33,976 bases of DNA from a virus (taxonomy: Duplodnaviria; Caudoviricetes), in the IMG/VR virus record IMGVR_UViG_3300046832_000245, positions 1 to 33,976 of that record, one strand, 5' to 3'. Under the pieces are notes generated by a model. It did not search any database. It was not told where the DNA came from and was given only the letters and a program-made list of their open reading frames with translations. Position 1 is the stretch's first letter. Every line of letters starts with the position of its first letter. Shown here piece by piece: positions 16,807-25,405 of the stretch. The position numbers and the translations under genes are program-made.

Positions 16807-17748
16807 TTAATTACCAAACATGACAGCAAACGCTGCTGCCGCATCATTAAGTGATCCAGATTTTGCCAACCTAGATTTAGCTTCATCAAGTCCAGATTTT
16901 TGTATATTACTGTTACCTGATCGCTCAATTCTCGGTGGTAAATTCTCAACCTTTTTATTAGAACTTCTAGCTTGATTAACAAGTTTGTCATATCTCATAG
17001 CATTTAACGCCAATTTGATATTAGCTGCTCTTGATTCATTCAAGTTCAACAAGTCTTGCTTAGAGTATCCCTGATTTGTAAGATAGCTTATTAGCTCTTG
17101 CTCTTCAGATGTTCTCTTAGTTTTGTCATGCCATTCTGGAATAATATCAAGTAAGCGCTTGCCTTCTTGCTCCAAGTGCTGGCTTAAATATTCTCGCTCT
17201 TGAACTTGTTGTTGTTGCATAAGGTATTGCTGAGTTGCGTTTGCCTTATTAACTTCAACCTGTCTAGCTTCGAATAATTCCTTTTGCCTCAAGTATTCGT
17301 GTGGGTTGTTCTCTAACAAATCTTTCCAGTTGGGTTGGCTTTGTTGCGCCCATTGCTGTGCTACATTTTGAAAGTGTTGTACCGCATTACTTAATACTTG
17401 TTGCTGTTGTAGATAAGCTTCTCTTTGAGATTCTGCTTCTTTTCTTATCGCTGCTGCTTCCTCAAAACGTTGAGTTGAAGCTTTATTGATTTGATAATTA
17501 GCAATTAATTCATCTCTATCGACTTGCTTTTCTACACCATCTACCTTAACAGTAAAAATATCATTAGCAGGCTTTTGAGTATCTTGCTCTTGTCCTTGAT
17601 CGGAGGAGCCTTCATCATCAGACTGATAACCTTGTTCTTCTTGCGTTAAGTATGCACTGAGCAACTCTGCATCTGAGTCACTGGTTGATTGTCCAGTATC
17701 CGATTGCTCAATTGGTTCAGCGCCATAATTGGTAGCTTCATTTTCCAT
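16807..17748 (-). CDS. Capsid scaffolding protein
   Basis: Acidic disordered N-terminus, FTVKVDGVEKQV..DEL...YQ motif, Gln-rich coiled coil, C-terminal KSGSLNDAAAAF. Confidence 0.88.
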   Translation of the reverse strand: MENEATNYGAEPIEQSDTGQSTSDSDAELLSAYLTQEEQGYQSDDEGSSDQGQEQDTQKPANDIFTVKVDGVEKQVDRDELIANYQINKASTQRFEEAAAIRKEAESQREAYLQQQQVLSNAVQHFQNVAQQWAQQSQPNWKDLLENNPHEYLRQKELFEARQVEVNKANATQQYLMQQQQVQEREYLSQHLEQEGKRLLDIIPEWHDKTKRTSEEQELISYLTNQGYSKQDLLNLNESRAANIKLALNAMRYDKLVNQARSSNKKVENLPPRIERSGNSNIQKSGLDEAKSRLAKSGSLNDAAAAFAVMFGN

Positions 17749-17782
17749 TGTTTTTCTCTTTTAAATTAAATTACAAAAGCGG

Positions 17783-17830
17783 TTAGCATTTTTTGCCACC
17801 GCCTCCTTTACCTTTTCCTTTACCTTTCAT
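17783..17830 (-). CDS. Micro-ORF, basic peptide MKGKGKGKGGGGKKC (15 aa)
   Basis: Manual translation; starts just after the upstream stop; strongly non-random Lys/Gly content. Confidence 0.5.
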   Translation of the reverse strand: MKGKGKGKGGGGKKC

Positions 17831-17836
17831 AGTATC

Positions 17837-18157
17837 TTACTCGTAAGGAATGAATGTATCGCCAGCAGTTTCTATTCCTGCTAATGGACCTTTTATAACT
17901 TTTGGGTGACTATATCTTACATGATAATGCTCAATGTCAACCAATGTTGGTGTAATTATATGCTTAATTCTAAGATTTTCATCTTTTAATTCTAAACTTA
18001 ACACCCACTCTATGAACGCATTGAAGTCAAAGTTAGGTTTGCGAGTTCTCCGCTTACTATCAGATTCTTCAATAATTGTTGATGGTGTTGCATCGCCTTC
18101 AATTGTCGCCATATTTCTTCTCGCTCTTGTCTTGTTAGTCCTTCGCCATTTAGCCAC
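17837..18157 (-). CDS. Hypothetical protein (start may be the internal Met at 18112)
   Basis: ORF track; fills the gap before the scaffold gene; overlaps the upstream gene. Confidence 0.55.
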   Translation of the reverse strand: MAKWRRTNKTRARRNMATIEGDATPSTIIEESDSKRRTRKPNFDFNAFIEWVLSLELKDENLRIKHIITPTLVDIEHYHVRYSHPKVIKGPLAGIETAGDTFIPYE

Positions 18158-18276
18158 TTGTCGAAATACATATCTTCAAGCTTTCTAAATGCTTCATTAA
18201 ATAATGGGTGGCTGATTAACCATTCCGCCTGTTGCTGTCTGGTAATTGCCTGGTTGGCTTGCTGTTCCAAATCCAT
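18010..18276 (-). CDS. Small helical protein between portal and scaffold
   Basis: QAEWLISHPLFNEAF..LE......W...REEIW...KAM pattern typical of the post-portal gene of P22-like head modules. Confidence 0.75.
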   Translation of the reverse strand: MDLEQQANQAITRQQQAEWLISHPLFNEAFRKLEDMYFDKWLNGEGLTRQEREEIWRQLKAMQHHQQLLKNLIVSGELANLTLTSMRS

Positions 18277-20290
18277 TCATCATGTCCCGTTCAATCATAT
18301 TATTGTTTAACTCTTCTTGCTTCATGCCAATCTTTGCAGCTATTTCTTCACGCTTCAGCATGATATCAGCTTCCAGCTTCATTTTATCATGAGCAATCTT
18401 AGCCATTAGTTCTTTATCTCTTAACTGCAATGTTGCAACAGCTTCTCTTTCCTTTAGTTGCATTGTACGCTCATTAATCTGAATCGCAGCTTGTATTTGC
18501 ATAGTCGTTGGATCAGGAGGAGGCTGTTGTTCTGGTTGTTGCTGTTGTTCAGCAGGATTTTTAAAGAACTGCTCAGGATTAGCAAATCCTAATACCTCTG
18601 CCATCTTTATAGCGCCATTATAGAACTCTTGTGGTCCAGTCAATCCATATTCAGCCGTACCTTTCATTAATAAACCTAATGTATTTAACTTTTGCTCTAT
18701 CTGATCCTTGTTTCCAGTTCCTAATCCAACCGACACATTAAGATTAAATTGGTTTTTCCATTCTCTAGGATCAATATCAACCCATTTGCCATTAGTTGCT
18801 TTTATGCGCTCAACATTGTCTTGGTATTTACTAACAAGCTCTAATACTTTTAAGAATAAGTTTCTGACACCAGTTTCAGCAAAGTTTCTGGCAATCAATT
18901 CTAATCGACTGTCTGCTCGATTAGTTATGATGTTCATTCCTGTTGCAGTTTGGTTCAATGCGTCAGGATTTGTTCCTTGACTATATCTAGTAAATCCAGT
19001 CCTATTCTCTTTTGCTTGCTCTACAATCTCAAGTAAACTTGTAGCTCCAGACATATCCCCATTGCCAGACTGCAATGCACCAACAGCATTAGGAGTCTTG
19101 ACCCTTACGATACCACCAGGTCTTGATGTTAATAGATCATCCATGTTTACTTGACCTTCAAGCGCCCATGAACGACCATTGACTGATAAATATAAATTAT
19201 CAATCATTGCACGCATTAAGGAAGTCTTTGTGCGTTGTGATTCCATTGCAAGGTCAGCAACACTCAATCCAAAAAACTGATGTGGCATTGGAATTGGTGT
19301 AATAGTTACAAAAGGATTTCCATCACATTCAATATTATCTAATAAACTATTTCCACAGCGTGTAATCTTGCGCCATTCTGGTATGCCATCTCCATTGACA
19401 TCAACCTTCATGTAGCATTCTGTCACCCAGACAACTCTGCTTGTTTTGTCGCTTGTTTGTGAGCTATTTCCACCATCAGTGTAAGGCATATCATCGTAGA
19501 AAGTACGACGTTCAACACGCTCTTGCTGAAATGCTCCATCTAATTCATCACTAGACAACTCATCAACGTTTTTATATCCAGCTTCACGCAATTGACCAAT
19601 TGTACGTTCAAATCTATGTGCAACAAAGTCAGCATCTTGTATATTCTTTGCACGTCTGCTAATTAAAAACTCTTCTGGTGGAACGTTCTCGATGCGTGTA
19701 AATCCTTTTGTCTTCTTACGTTTAACAGCAACGTTATATAACATTGCTCCAGTTTCATTATCAATAAACGTTGAGTTTTCAATTGGCTCAACTGTTGTAT
19801 CGCTAAGAAGCATTGTTAATTCAATCTCATCAAGACCGTTATAATCTTCTCTTGCTTCATCTTCAATTGTGTCCCACCAAAGCTTTAATACACCTACCTT
19901 GCTAAGCAAAGCATCTTTAAACCATGTATGAAATACTGTAAATCCGTTGTTCTGAACTCTTAAGACATAATCGTTTATGTAAGTTGTAGCGCATCTTGCT
20001 TGTTCTTCATACTGCTCTGCTTTTGCTTCAAACTCAACAACCTTATCAGTTCCAACAAACATCTTTAACAATGATGGCAACATCCATTCAACTGTATCTA
20101 ATACATCTGTCGAAACAACGCTTGACCTACCGTCAATTGCAGGTGGAGCAAGATCACGAATAGGCTTAGCCATATAATAATCAAGCGCCCTCATTCTTTG
20201 GTCACTAAGTTCGCCAGAGCCATAACCAAGCGACTGCTTAATCTCTTGATCTGTTAGCGCCTTAAGTTCATCATCTGTCATCATTGCCAT
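18197..20290 (-). CDS. Portal protein (P22-like, C-terminal coiled-coil barrel)
   Basis: RSSVVSTDVLDTVEWMLPSL, DALLSKVG, ENVPPEEF, RPGGIVR, IARNFAE, VSVGLGTG motifs; follows TerL. Confidence 0.93.
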   Translation of the reverse strand: MAMMTDDELKALTDQEIKQSLGYGSGELSDQRMRALDYYMAKPIRDLAPPAIDGRSSVVSTDVLDTVEWMLPSLLKMFVGTDKVVEFEAKAEQYEEQARCATTYINDYVLRVQNNGFTVFHTWFKDALLSKVGVLKLWWDTIEDEAREDYNGLDEIELTMLLSDTTVEPIENSTFIDNETGAMLYNVAVKRKKTKGFTRIENVPPEEFLISRRAKNIQDADFVAHRFERTIGQLREAGYKNVDELSSDELDGAFQQERVERRTFYDDMPYTDGGNSSQTSDKTSRVVWVTECYMKVDVNGDGIPEWRKITRCGNSLLDNIECDGNPFVTITPIPMPHQFFGLSVADLAMESQRTKTSLMRAMIDNLYLSVNGRSWALEGQVNMDDLLTSRPGGIVRVKTPNAVGALQSGNGDMSGATSLLEIVEQAKENRTGFTRYSQGTNPDALNQTATGMNIITNRADSRLELIARNFAETGVRNLFLKVLELVSKYQDNVERIKATNGKWVDIDPREWKNQFNLNVSVGLGTGNKDQIEQKLNTLGLLMKGTAEYGLTGPQEFYNGAIKMAEVLGFANPEQFFKNPAEQQQQPEQQPPPDPTTMQIQAAIQINERTMQLKEREAVATLQLRDKELMAKIAHDKMKLEADIMLKREEIAAKIGMKQEELNNNMIERDMMNGFGTASQPGNYQTATGGMVNQPPII

Positions 20291-20317
20291 TTTAATTAGC
20301 CTTTTATATGTGTATGC

Positions 20318-21574
20318 TTAATTATAACCTAAACTTAAATATTTTAACTTTCCACCCCATGTTTCATTATTCATTTGTTGTTCAGCCATTGCTATGTATC
20401 TGAAACAGTCAGCTCCATGACTGCTCTCATCATGCAACGGAGCGCCAAATTCACCAGTAGATTGATTCTGTGTTCTTCTATAACGCTTCAATCTATTGAC
20501 TATTTCTTGTGCTTTTTCATCAATCCATACACGGCTGAACATCATTCTTGAAGCTCTAATTCCTTCTTCAATGTCATTCCTTCCCAATACAATAACCGTT
20601 CGTCCCATAGCTTGCAATATTTCTTCTGTTGACTTTCCTGACTTAAAATCTTTATTGCGCCCATCGTGAGGTATAAAATCAGTTCCCCAGTTCAATGCTT
20701 TGTTTTTTATCTCATCAACGTAACTATCCAATGTCCTGTGACTGTCTTCGATATAATCAATAATTCTTATCTCACCAGAACCAGATCGCTGTACAAATCC
20801 TATACTCATTGAATCGTTCCAACCTAAATCCCATACTGTATGAACTTTTAATAGTGGATCGTATGGTGCTTTTCCTAATCTTTTCTCAGATTGCATACGT
20901 GTTATTTCAAGTGCATAAATAGCACCCTCGACAGCAGGACGACATTCTCCTTCCCATACTGTTTTATAACCTTCAGGATCACGCCTTAACCAATTAACAC
21001 GCTCCTTCTCAAGCTCATCAGGAAACCACGGATTATCAGAGTAGTTGCACTTTATAATAATTGCTTCGTCATTATCTGACAAAACAAATCTTTTATACGT
21101 TTCATCAGTATCTAACTCAGGATTAAATGTAATCCATATTTCACTTCCAGGCTTTCTAATCGTCGGTATTAAAACATCCCATGATTTTTTAGTACAAACT
21201 TGAGCTTCCTCAACCCAACATATGTCCACACCTTCAAATGACTTTAAGTTTGTAATGCCTTGTTGACGAATACCTGCAAAACTAAACTCAGAGCCATTGA
21301 TGCCAACTATCTTTGTTTCAAGAACAGTAAACATGTGCTGTAAACCAAGCATATCAATCTGATCTTTCAGTAACTTATGTACTGATTCTTGTATTGACTT
21401 CTGTGTTTCACGAGCGCAAAGAACTCTTATAGGTTCATTAACAGACTTAATAATTAATGCTCTTGCAACACTCCAACTTTTACCTGATCCACGTCCACCA
21501 TAAATGACTTTATATCGTTTTTGCTTAAATATATCTTTAAGACTTGGAGGAAACTTTGCCTTAATCGTCGCCAA
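20318..21574 (-). CDS. terL: Terminase large subunit (PBSX-like)
   Basis: Walker A GGRGSGKS, Walker B WVEEA, TFNP, nuclease WDLG and SHGADCFRY. Confidence 0.96.
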   Translation of the reverse strand: MATIKAKFPPSLKDIFKQKRYKVIYGGRGSGKSWSVARALIIKSVNEPIRVLCARETQKSIQESVHKLLKDQIDMLGLQHMFTVLETKIVGINGSEFSFAGIRQQGITNLKSFEGVDICWVEEAQVCTKKSWDVLIPTIRKPGSEIWITFNPELDTDETYKRFVLSDNDEAIIIKCNYSDNPWFPDELEKERVNWLRRDPEGYKTVWEGECRPAVEGAIYALEITRMQSEKRLGKAPYDPLLKVHTVWDLGWNDSMSIGFVQRSGSGEIRIIDYIEDSHRTLDSYVDEIKNKALNWGTDFIPHDGRNKDFKSGKSTEEILQAMGRTVIVLGRNDIEEGIRASRMMFSRVWIDEKAQEIVNRLKRYRRTQNQSTGEFGAPLHDESSHGADCFRYIAMAEQQMNNETWGGKLKYLSLGYN

Positions 21575-21863
21575 ATGAAACCTCTATCCTGTGGACTATT
21601 GCTCCACCATCTGCACCAGTTACAGTATTGTCACTTCTTGCTAGCTTTGGAACATGATATTCAATAACACTTTGAAATAACTGAAACGCACGCTCTGGAT
21701 TTGTTTCAGCCACTTGGTCAAGCCATCCTGTTAATCTGTGAGCATTTCCATCAACAAAATCTGCAATAGCCTCTCTTGCTTGTGCTGTTGCCTTGTTTGG
21801 AGTTCCTTTTACTCGTCCAAGCCCTCTATTTCCTGCTCTATTTTTTTCTGTATTATCTTCCAT
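21561..21863 (-). CDS. terS: Terminase small subunit
   Basis: GRVKGTPNK...PKLAR...VTGADGG motifs; overlaps the TerL start. Confidence 0.8.
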   Translation of the reverse strand: MEDNTEKNRAGNRGLGRVKGTPNKATAQAREAIADFVDGNAHRLTGWLDQVAETNPERAFQLFQSVIEYHVPKLARSDNTVTGADGGAIVHRIEVSFGDD

Positions 21864-21892
21864 AGATAAACCTACTTTACGAAATATTTATT

Positions 21893-22021
21893 TTAAAAAT
21901 ACTGCGATTTCCAATTAATAAACGCCACCTTTGGTGACTCACCATAAGCAACTCTATCAGCACTATAACATTTCCAGTAATTGCCAACCCATTTAATCTT
22001 TGGTTTTGTAGCTTTGTTCAT
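21893..22021 (-). CDS. Small hypothetical protein (42 aa)
   Basis: Manual translation MNKATKPKIKWVGNYWKCYSADRVAYGESPKVAFINWKSQYF*; AAGG upstream. Confidence 0.6.
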   Translation of the reverse strand: MNKATKPKIKWVGNYWKCYSADRVAYGESPKVAFINWKSQYF

Positions 22022-22198
22022 CTGCCTTAAACCTCATTACTTTTTTCTTTCTATTCTTGTTGCTTGTCTTTAATGCCATTAATTATTACCTTGTATGTAC
22101 TGGCATATCATTCTTCAAGCTATACAACATCATCCAATTTGTATGTTTACATATAGCAATTTGTTTTGGCGCACTGAATAAGTTAATTGGTGGAAATC

Positions 22199-22423
22199 TC
22201 ATTTTAGTTCATCCTCTTCCATCATATCCTGCCAACGTCCTAAAGCATCAATAGCTTCTTGTACATCTTGTTCAATGTCCTTTGCTCCTCTATCACCAGC
22301 ACATAAAAGTTTTTTAATTGCATGTTGCAGACATGGATCAGTAACACCGTACAATGAAAGTACACGGTAAACATCAACAGCATTTAAATGAACTGTATTT
22401 TTAAAATAATGATTGTGCTTCAT
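22199..22423 (-). CDS. Conserved-type phage protein (DUF3310/SaV-like)
   Basis: HY...DVYRVL......PCLQHAIKKLLCAGDRGAKD..QD..EA pattern. Confidence 0.7.
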   Translation of the reverse strand: MKHNHYFKNTVHLNAVDVYRVLSLYGVTDPCLQHAIKKLLCAGDRGAKDIEQDVQEAIDALGRWQDMMEEDELK

Positions 22424-22563
22424 TACAGCCTCATCACAAGGACAAAAGCTTTTATCCTGCTCATAGTATTAACTGCTTCTAAAAACGCCTCTAATTGCGC
22501 TTCAGTTGGCATTTTATTCATTTTATCTGCCATGTCATAAAAATATTCAACATCATCCATCAT
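22423..22563 (-). CDS. Small hypothetical protein (46 aa)
   Basis: Manual translation MMDDVEYFYDMADKMNKMPTEAQLEAFLEAVNTMSRIKAFVLVMRL*; TAATG coupling to the next gene. Confidence 0.55.
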   Translation of the reverse strand: MMDDVEYFYDMADKMNKMPTEAQLEAFLEAVNTMSRIKAFVLVMRL

Positions 22564-22602
22564 TTCTTCTCATAATTAAATATAAACCATACAAAACAGC
22601 AA

Positions 22603-22704
22603 TCATCTAAACACCAACCTAACAATGCCAGCTAACAATATAAAAAAATATACCAACAAAACAAATGGTAGCAAATACCAACGTATTACATAATCTTTTT
22701 TCAT
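22603..22704 (-). CDS. Small single-TM protein (33 aa)
   Basis: Manual translation MKKDYVIRWYLLPFVLLVYFFILLAGIVRLVFR*; AAGGA/GGAG upstream. Preferred over the overlapping 62-aa track ORF. Confidence 0.45.
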   Translation of the reverse strand: MKKDYVIRWYLLPFVLLVYFFILLAGIVRLVFR

Positions 22705-22830
22705 AACTCCAATTCCTTTCTTTCTTGTTGAAATTTACCATCGTGTAACACCACCTCGTCATTAATCTTAATTGCTTTTGCTTGTACTGTTCCAAAAACT
22801 TCTTCAACCTCTTTTATAAGCTCTAAAATT

Positions 22831-23064
22831 TCATTCAATAGATTCTCTCAATTTTTGTCGTAATCTTCTTTCGCATCTTTCTTTGTTTAATCTTTCTTTA
22901 TTAGCAAAATAAAACAAAGATTTTTTTTCTTTTATTTTTTCTTTATTTTTTTCTTCATAAACTTTATCCCTATCATTTCCAATTTCTTTATTTTTTAAAC
23001 GATAAATTCTTTTTGCTAATTTTTGTTTATTTAATCTTTCTTCATTATCCATTTCAAAACTCAC
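22831..23064 (-). CDS. Lys/Arg/Glu-rich helical protein (77 aa)
   Basis: ORF track; very A-rich coding strand; repeats of the YxxxNKEK type. Confidence 0.55.
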   Translation of the reverse strand: MSFEMDNEERLNKQKLAKRIYRLKNKEIGNDRDKVYEEKNKEKIKEKKSLFYFANKERLNKERCERRLRQKLRESIE

Positions 23065-23134
23065 TTAGTTATATTAAAAATTAATATAACATAATTAGTC
23101 CTTCATGTCTTTTAATTTTATCCATACAATTCCT

Positions 23135-23469
23135 TGTCCGAGATTTGTGTCCACTGTCCACCCCCTTAAGGGGGTGTGGACAGTACGTACACTTTTATTA
23201 ATCCTGTACAGGCTGTACAAAACTGTCCAATTAGGACAACTGGACAGTCTATAATATCCAACTATAATCTCCATCAACACCTATAAGCTCTTGTTTTATC
23301 AAATCTTTTCTACACTCAGAAAAGTTTTGTCTCCTTGAAGCAAGCTCTTTATCCTCATTAAAAAATGGTTTCCATTCGGACAGTGAAACAATTATCTGTC
23401 CAGAACCTAAAATGGACAGTTCTGGACGCTCTTTTCCAATAGTTTCTGATGCTAAAACTAAACTGTCCA
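23135..23469. repeat. Palindrome and ACTGTCCA/TGGACAGT repeat cluster; putative replication origin
   Basis: ACTGTCCA at 23153, 23222, 23462; TGGACAGT at 23177, 23241, 23413; perfect palindrome CACCCCCTTAAGGGGGTG at 23159-23176; located at the 3' end of the primase-helicase gene. Confidence 0.7.
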
Positions 23470-25135
23470 TAGCTTTTTGTAACTTTTTTGACAATACTTT
23501 TTCTTTAGTAGCTACACCTTGATACTCTAAATAAACACTGGTGATCTGCTTATCATCATCTTCATCATAAAATACTTCACCTTCTAACTCTACTTCTTTA
23601 ATGACAAAACTCATATCAGTACCAAAGCCAAAATCTTTTGATTTAGTGCATGAAAAAGTAATTGCATCTCCATTCTTGGCGACACAAAACTCTGCGTCCA
23701 TAGCTGCCTTAATTGATGATGATCCTCTTGATCTTCCTTTATCACCATGTCCACTATGGTGAACAGTTACAATTGCAGCATCTAAACGTCTGGCAAGTAA
23801 TTCTATAGACTTAAAATACAACGCCATATCTTCAGAGCTATTTTCATCTCCAACCATATTACGATGCAAAGTATCAATAATAATAATATCAGGTTTAAAA
23901 TCTAACTCTGCTACTATTTTTAATATTTCATCAGCTTCTTTACTATCTAATAGATTAATTGATCGTCTGCTTAATCTAATATTCTTTGGTGGTTCTCCAT
24001 ATTTTTGTGATAATGCTTTAAAGCGCATTGAAGCACCACGCAAACCTTCACCCATAATGATTAAAGTTTTTAATTCTTCTTTTATCTTATGACCATGCCA
24101 GTTTCTACCTGTTGCAGCACAAAATGCCCAATCCATTGCAAAAAGACTTTTACCTGCACCTGACTCACCAAAAAGAAGATTCATTGATCCACGTTCAAGT
24201 ATTCCCTTTATTAACCAATTAGGCTTCTTTATGCTTGCCATCATATCTTCAATGGTGATAAACAAACCTTCCTGCTTTACCTTACCAAAGACAATGTCAC
24301 GAACTGCATCAATACCTTTTTCTGACATCATGTCGTTAAAGTCACCATCAATGGTTGGTAATACAATATCAACTCCACATTCTTTTGCTTTGCTCATGCC
24401 AATACCAGAACTGTCATTGTCTGCACAAATAACTATTTTCTTACCAATGTATTGGCTTGCTAACATTTGCGTTACTGGCTTAAGATTTCCAGCGTTAAAT
24501 GCTATACAGACAGCAAGATTGGTGGCTTGGTTTAAACTATCCGCAGTTGCAAATCCCTCTGCAACTAAAAGAGTTTCAGACTCAGAAGGATCACCAATCC
24601 AGCAATGACCTCCTGCCATCTTACCGCCAGAATGAAACCTCTTTGCTCCATCACTAAATATTGACTGTACTGACTGAATTTCTCCGTCTGCACCATATAC
24701 AGGTATGATAAGTTTTCCGCCAAACATACGCGCCATATTAGGACGTATGCCCTTATTAGTCAGATAGTCATGGCTTACCACTGGAACTGCATTATCAAAT
24801 AATACCTGTGCTTCCTTTGCTGCTATAGCATAAGCAGCATCACGTTCAGCTATTGCTTTACGTTTGGCTTCTTCAAACTGCTGACGCATGGCTTCTTGTT
24901 CGTGTATATCTGGAACATAATCACGTTTCTCATGCCATTGGTGTTGCTCTCCACTGCGCCAACAACCAAATACAGCACCACGAGCATCATCAAATACATG
25001 AACCCAACCTGACCTATCATTTCTTTTTCCATTGGTTGAAAATCTTGTTACCTTACCAACAGCAATATTAGGAGGAGGTTCATAACCAACTGCTCTAATT
25101 GCATCACATAACTCAGGCAACATTGAAATAGTCAC
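23249..25135 (-). CDS. Primase-helicase (TOPRIM plus AAA_25/RepA-like helicase)
   Basis: TOPRIM VAEGFATA...CADND; Walker A GESGAGKS; Walker B IIIIDT; VHHSG...RGSS. Alternative ATG start at 25123. Confidence 0.92.
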   Translation of the reverse strand: MTISMLPELCDAIRAVGYEPPPNIAVGKVTRFSTNGKRNDRSGWVHVFDDARGAVFGCWRSGEQHQWHEKRDYVPDIHEQEAMRQQFEEAKRKAIAERDAAYAIAAKEAQVLFDNAVPVVSHDYLTNKGIRPNMARMFGGKLIIPVYGADGEIQSVQSIFSDGAKRFHSGGKMAGGHCWIGDPSESETLLVAEGFATADSLNQATNLAVCIAFNAGNLKPVTQMLASQYIGKKIVICADNDSSGIGMSKAKECGVDIVLPTIDGDFNDMMSEKGIDAVRDIVFGKVKQEGLFITIEDMMASIKKPNWLIKGILERGSMNLLFGESGAGKSLFAMDWAFCAATGRNWHGHKIKEELKTLIIMGEGLRGASMRFKALSQKYGEPPKNIRLSRRSINLLDSKEADEILKIVAELDFKPDIIIIDTLHRNMVGDENSSEDMALYFKSIELLARRLDAAIVTVHHSGHGDKGRSRGSSSIKAAMDAEFCVAKNGDAITFSCTKSKDFGFGTDMSFVIKEVELEGEVFYDEDDDKQITSVYLEYQGVATKEKVLSKKLQKAMDSLVLASETIGKERPELSILGSGQIIVSLSEWKPFFNEDKELASRRQNFSECRKDLIKQELIGVDGDYSWIL

Positions 25136-25289
25136 TCAGTCTTTTAATTAAATCATAAGGAATTACTTTTAATTTCCCATGAGCAAGTTTCCACAGCGTC
25201 ATATATCCGATACCTACTTCCCTAGATAAATAAGATAGGTTAAAAGAAGGATGTATTAATTTAGCTTTGATTTCTTCTGGTGTTAGCAT
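25113..25289 (-). CDS. Cro-like HTH regulator (58 aa)
   Basis: Manual translation MLTPEEIKAKLIHPSFNLSYLSREVGIGYMTLWKLAHGKLKVIPYDLIKRLSDYFNVA*; GAGG upstream; first gene of the leftward block. Confidence 0.8.
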   Translation of the reverse strand: MLTPEEIKAKLIHPSFNLSYLSREVGIGYMTLWKLAHGKLKVIPYDLIKRLSDYFNVA

Positions 25290-25328
25290 TGTTTTTTTCC
25301 TCTTGTTTAAAAAAATATTTGTTTAGGT

Positions 25329-25364
25329 GTTGCAATTCTAATTTATATCGGTAAAATGTGCAAC
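25329..25364. promoter_or_regulatory. Overlapping divergent sigma70-like promoters
   Basis: Minus strand: TTGCAC-17 bp-TAGAAT (25363 to 25335). Plus strand: TTGCAA-16 bp-TAAAAT (25330-25357). Bounded by the inverted repeat GTTGCA/TGCAAC. Confidence 0.7.
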
Positions 25365-25405
25365 GGAATTAGAGAAAAAGATTTTTAACCGTAAGGAGAA
25401 ATACC

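Noticed and set aside
22619-22807. 62-aa track ORF with TTG start
   Set aside because: An overlapping 33-aa TM ORF (22603-22704) has an ATG and a better RBS; I could not decide definitively between them.
23095-23280. 61-aa minus-strand track ORF across the palindrome cluster
   Set aside because: No protein-like features; the region is better explained as a cis-acting repeat element.
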